Positions 60,511-64,000 of a stretch of 64,000 nucleotides of DNA are shown piece after piece. Every line of letters starts with the position of its first letter. Position 1 is the stretch's first letter. Below the pieces are notes generated by a model, which was given only the letters and a program-made list of their open reading frames with translations, was not told where the DNA came from and made no database searches. The stretch is taken from contig OZ024744.1 in NCBI GenBank assembly GCA_964016885.1, forward strand, positions 98,394,001 to 98,458,000, read 5' to 3'. This stretch comes from Eledone cirrhosa (Eukaryota). The position numbers were made by a program, and so were the translations under genes.

Positions 60511-62200
60511 GGAGTGGGGAGATATCGAAATTGGGGTCCCGCCCAATATCTCTCTCTAAATTCTCTGCCTCTCCCCTCCAATCTTCCCCATTCTCAATCA
60601 TTGCACCTTATATCCACTGTACCATACTGGCCACTGATATAGGCATCAGATCTGTTCAGCCCTCTCCTTTTCTTGATATTTTTCTACTCATCTACTCACA
60701 TGTCATCTGCTTTACGAGGTCATCTACATAACCGGAAATATCTTTGGTTCTGTTTGTATTTACTTTATCACTACCACAATCCCTGTCAACCTCACCAACC
60801 AATCTGGCAAAATGGGGATATTTAAAGGTTGGGTACATTGTGTGTGAGTTTGGCATCGAACTACTGACTACTCAGCACCTCCTGATATACCCCCCCCCAC
60901 ACCCCTTCCTGATGGAACACTCCTGCACAGCATTGGACTTGGCAAAGTTTAATGAGAAAGGACAGCAATGTGTTCAGCTGTGGCGGAACCGCATCTAGCC
61001 AAGCTTTGTAGCTGACATTCTTGTGGACATGATAAGAAAGAAAGACCTCACCAGACTACTCACTCTCTTCTAGCATGGTAGTTAAAAACTGGGTTTAAGA
61101 GAAACTAGATGTAGGTGTGCAATAGAGAAGACTGCATTGGTATGGACATGTGATGTGCATGGATGATGAGGAAATGCCAGTGGATGGAATCCGCAGTAGA
61201 GATAGACCAAGAAAGACTTGGGCAGAGGTGGTGAGAGCTAATCTCAAATCACTGAAACTCACAGATGACGATAAAGAAACACAGTGAGTGGAGAGATGCT
61301 GTGCTGAAAAGGACCTGTTCAACCCATGCAAGCATGGGAAAATAGATGTTTAAAACAATGATGATAACGATGGTGGTATCATATCTGTTTATGCCTCCAG
61401 AACCCAACCATCACTCTCTTTTTGATGCCAAGTGTCACTCCCTCTCTCCAAGACAACTTCTTATTGTCATTCATGTTGTTCTCCCACCAACAAATGTGTA
61501 TTTACTATTACACTCTTTCCTGTTTCATAATATTCTCACTACCTTTTCTCATTACTTCTTTTCACTTATCATTCCCGCCAACACAGTCTCTCTCTCATTA
61601 CACCCCTCTGCGACTGCTCCCCTCACCCTAATTCATTCTGTCTTTCTCCAACCATGCGCTCATACTCCTTTGCCTGATCACCCTGTTACTACGTTTGTCA
61701 TACTTTCTCTTTTTGCTGGTCATGTACCTTACCTTTTTAGTATTTACATTACTCTATATTTACTAATATATTTTCACGGTAAACACTTTATCTCATATAA
61801 TATCGAATCTGTCAGCTTTTGATATTAATACCATAGCATAAGTATGAGTGGCCAGTTATGGCTGGTTTGAACAGAAGATGGTGAGAGAATTCTGTCCAGA
61901 TATGGCTGGGTTAAATGCGCAGACAATATCAAGTGTTGAGCCTTCCCATAGTCTTGTTGTTGGTGCCTTACAAATATGCACCCAGTGCTCTCTACAAAAT
62001 GGTTGGTGTTAGGACCGGTTTTGAACAATGTAGAAACCATGTCAAGAATGGGATGTATGAGCCAAGACCTTATTATCAGACTGTGATGACCTGTCCAACC
62101 CATACCATTGTGAAAAAACAAAACAAACATATAGTGATGAGGATGTGTGTGTGTGTGTATATACATATATACATATGCATGTGTATAGTATAAAAATATG

Positions 62201-62248
<48 letters not shown>

Positions 62249-62251
<3 letters not shown>

Positions 62252-62480
62252 TCATCATCATCATCATCATCGTGTAACGTCCGTGTTCCACGCTTGCATG
62301 GGTTTGGACATGGGTATTCCCACTTGAGGCAAGAGTGGTTGTCATTGCTCGCATAGGACTGTCTGGCAGGTTTTCTACAGTTGGATGCCCTTCCTAACAC
62401 CAACCACATTTACAGTGTGGGTCTGGGAGGTTTTTACCGTGTTGCCTACATGGCCACATTACAGCGTGGACTGTGTTTTT
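62249..62480 (-). mobile_element. SINE/LINE 3' end sharing the tail of the intact RTE (related copies ~14395-14560 and 58810-58965)
   Basis: (CAT)n, then cgtccgtgttccacgcttgcatggg and ggatgcccttcctaacaccaacc = reverse complement of 6137-6300. Confidence 0.8.
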
Positions 62481-62654
62481 TTTTGTCGTGACACCTACAC
62501 GATCTCATTTGTTTCGGCCTGGATGGTGTGGCACCAACATAACTTTACATAGAAGGGGGCGGTGTGGATGGGACGGGGGTGTATTTTGTTAGAGATGCCT
62601 ACTGACTGTAGTAGGTTTTACTATGTATTTAGGTAAGGCGGGTCTTCTCTATAT

Positions 62655-63105
62655 GCTTTCCTGATGATTTCCTTCGAATGAAACAGTTCTAGTCTTGTAG
62701 AAGCCATTTCTATATTAAATATTTATACTCTGCTATATATTGCGTACCTTACTTACTGTGGTTACCCTCGATTGAACCCGGGATACACACACATGGGTGT
62801 GTGTGTATATATATATACACACACAAACGTGTGTGTGTGTGTGCGTGTGTATATATATACACACACGTTTATGTATTTGTTTTGCAAGATTGTTGATGTG
62901 AATATATTTGGGGACGGACATGTTGCCAGTATTGCCAATAAAAATATTAAGACCAGAAAGAAGAGGAGGCACAAAGGAGAACAGATGGTCATTGAGGAGG
63001 TCACAGAATGTGTGGTGAAAGAACTTTGAATAACAAATGAATGACAAGCAATAAAGATAAAGTGAAAATCATATGATGCATGTGTTTCTTCATTGGCAAT
63101 ACAGC
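62655..63105. repeat. Penelope-type pseudo-LTR fragments with two degenerate hammerhead-like motifs
   Basis: 62988-63030 matches 33686-33728; CTGATGA-ttc/gaa-GAAA at 62661-62683; 62870-62910 resembles 48060-48095. Confidence 0.55.
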
Positions 63106-63733
63106 GATATCTCTCCTCTCCTAGACATTCACTCTGCCAGTTGCAGACAGTGCATTAACATGAGATATTCTTCTCCACAAAGTTTGATCATCAGCAACAA
63201 AGTTTAAAGAGCAGAGGTCAAGTCCAATTCATAAGTTGACATTATCAAGCCAGTGTTTTGGGTGTCAACCCTTACTTCTCTTACCGGCTAAATTTCCTTC
63301 TAGGTTTAACTTACAACTTAACTTACTCATAGCAACATTACCATCCCCAAATCTAACAATATATGTATGTATGGTCTTGTAACTCATAAGAGAGTCGTAG
63401 GGGCACAATATTGACATACAGCATTTCTAGGGCATTTGTTTTCAAAACCTGGCAGAGCCCATCTCATCTCCAGGTCTAAATTTAGCAGTTTTCTTCCAGA
63501 GAAGGATAGAGAATGTGAGAGAATGGAAATGAGAAAGAATCAACTTTTTTTTTTTATTAACCTTGAATGGATGAAAAGGAAACTTGACCGTGGCAGGATT
63601 TGAACTGAGAGAGCCGAGATGAATACTGCAAAGCATTTTATCCAATGTTCTAATGATTCTGCCAATACGCCCTGTCATTAATATATAACAATACATACAC
63701 ACATCTGTGTGTATAAACCAGTGTAGTGTTGAG

Positions 63734-63795
63734 GGTTACTCCAGAAGATTTTGAATCCACTTCTGGAGTAACCACTCCAGAAGTGGATTCAAAAT
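63734..63795. repeat. Overlapping inverted repeats (22-bp perfect hairpin plus 14-bp inverted copy)
   Basis: attttgaatccacttctggagt-aacc-actccagaagtggattcaaaat; ggttactccagaag / cttctggagtaacc. Confidence 0.93.
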
Positions 63796-64000
63796 AACTG
63801 AGCAGAAAATATGATGATATATATGTATATATTTATTCATTTCATTCATTAGACTGCATCCATGCTTGGAACATGGACACACACACACTTATTGGAAACC
63901 CATTGATTATATATGTTTCCACCTACCAAATTTAACACATAGCATTGGTCAACATGCGGGTATAGTAGAAGGCACATCACCAAGTGGTATTGTGTTAGTT

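Overview
AT-rich eukaryotic (animal) genomic DNA made almost entirely of transposable elements and microsatellites. The SINE/LINE families resemble those of Octopus/cephalopods (inference). No host protein-coding gene can be identified with confidence. Main contents: (1) an apparently intact RTE-clade LINE (ORF 2879-5998: APE endonuclease, RT and an inserted PHD-like finger) preceded by arrays of a 98-bp monomer; (2) a full-length Gypsy LTR element (25468-30795, ~99% identical LTRs, 4-bp TSD) nested in a Vingi/Ingi-like LINE; (3) two Tx1/L1 LINE 3' halves; (4) two mariner transposons, a hAT (Buster/ZBED5-like) element, Helitron ends, MITEs, CRE-like and BovB-like LINE fragments; (5) many Penelope-like (PLE) fragments. 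Several small PLE-type repeats in (TA)n tracts carry hammerhead ribozyme motifs, two of which look intact (41761-41825 and 13998-14047, minus strand). A permuted ~2.4-kb inverted duplication (7086-9555 vs ~31050-33385) may mark inversion breakpoints. A TE-poor stretch (~49300-53500) ends in a candidate housekeeping-type promoter and first exon (~52740-53256). All calls come from reading the sequence by eye; no searches or folding programs were run.
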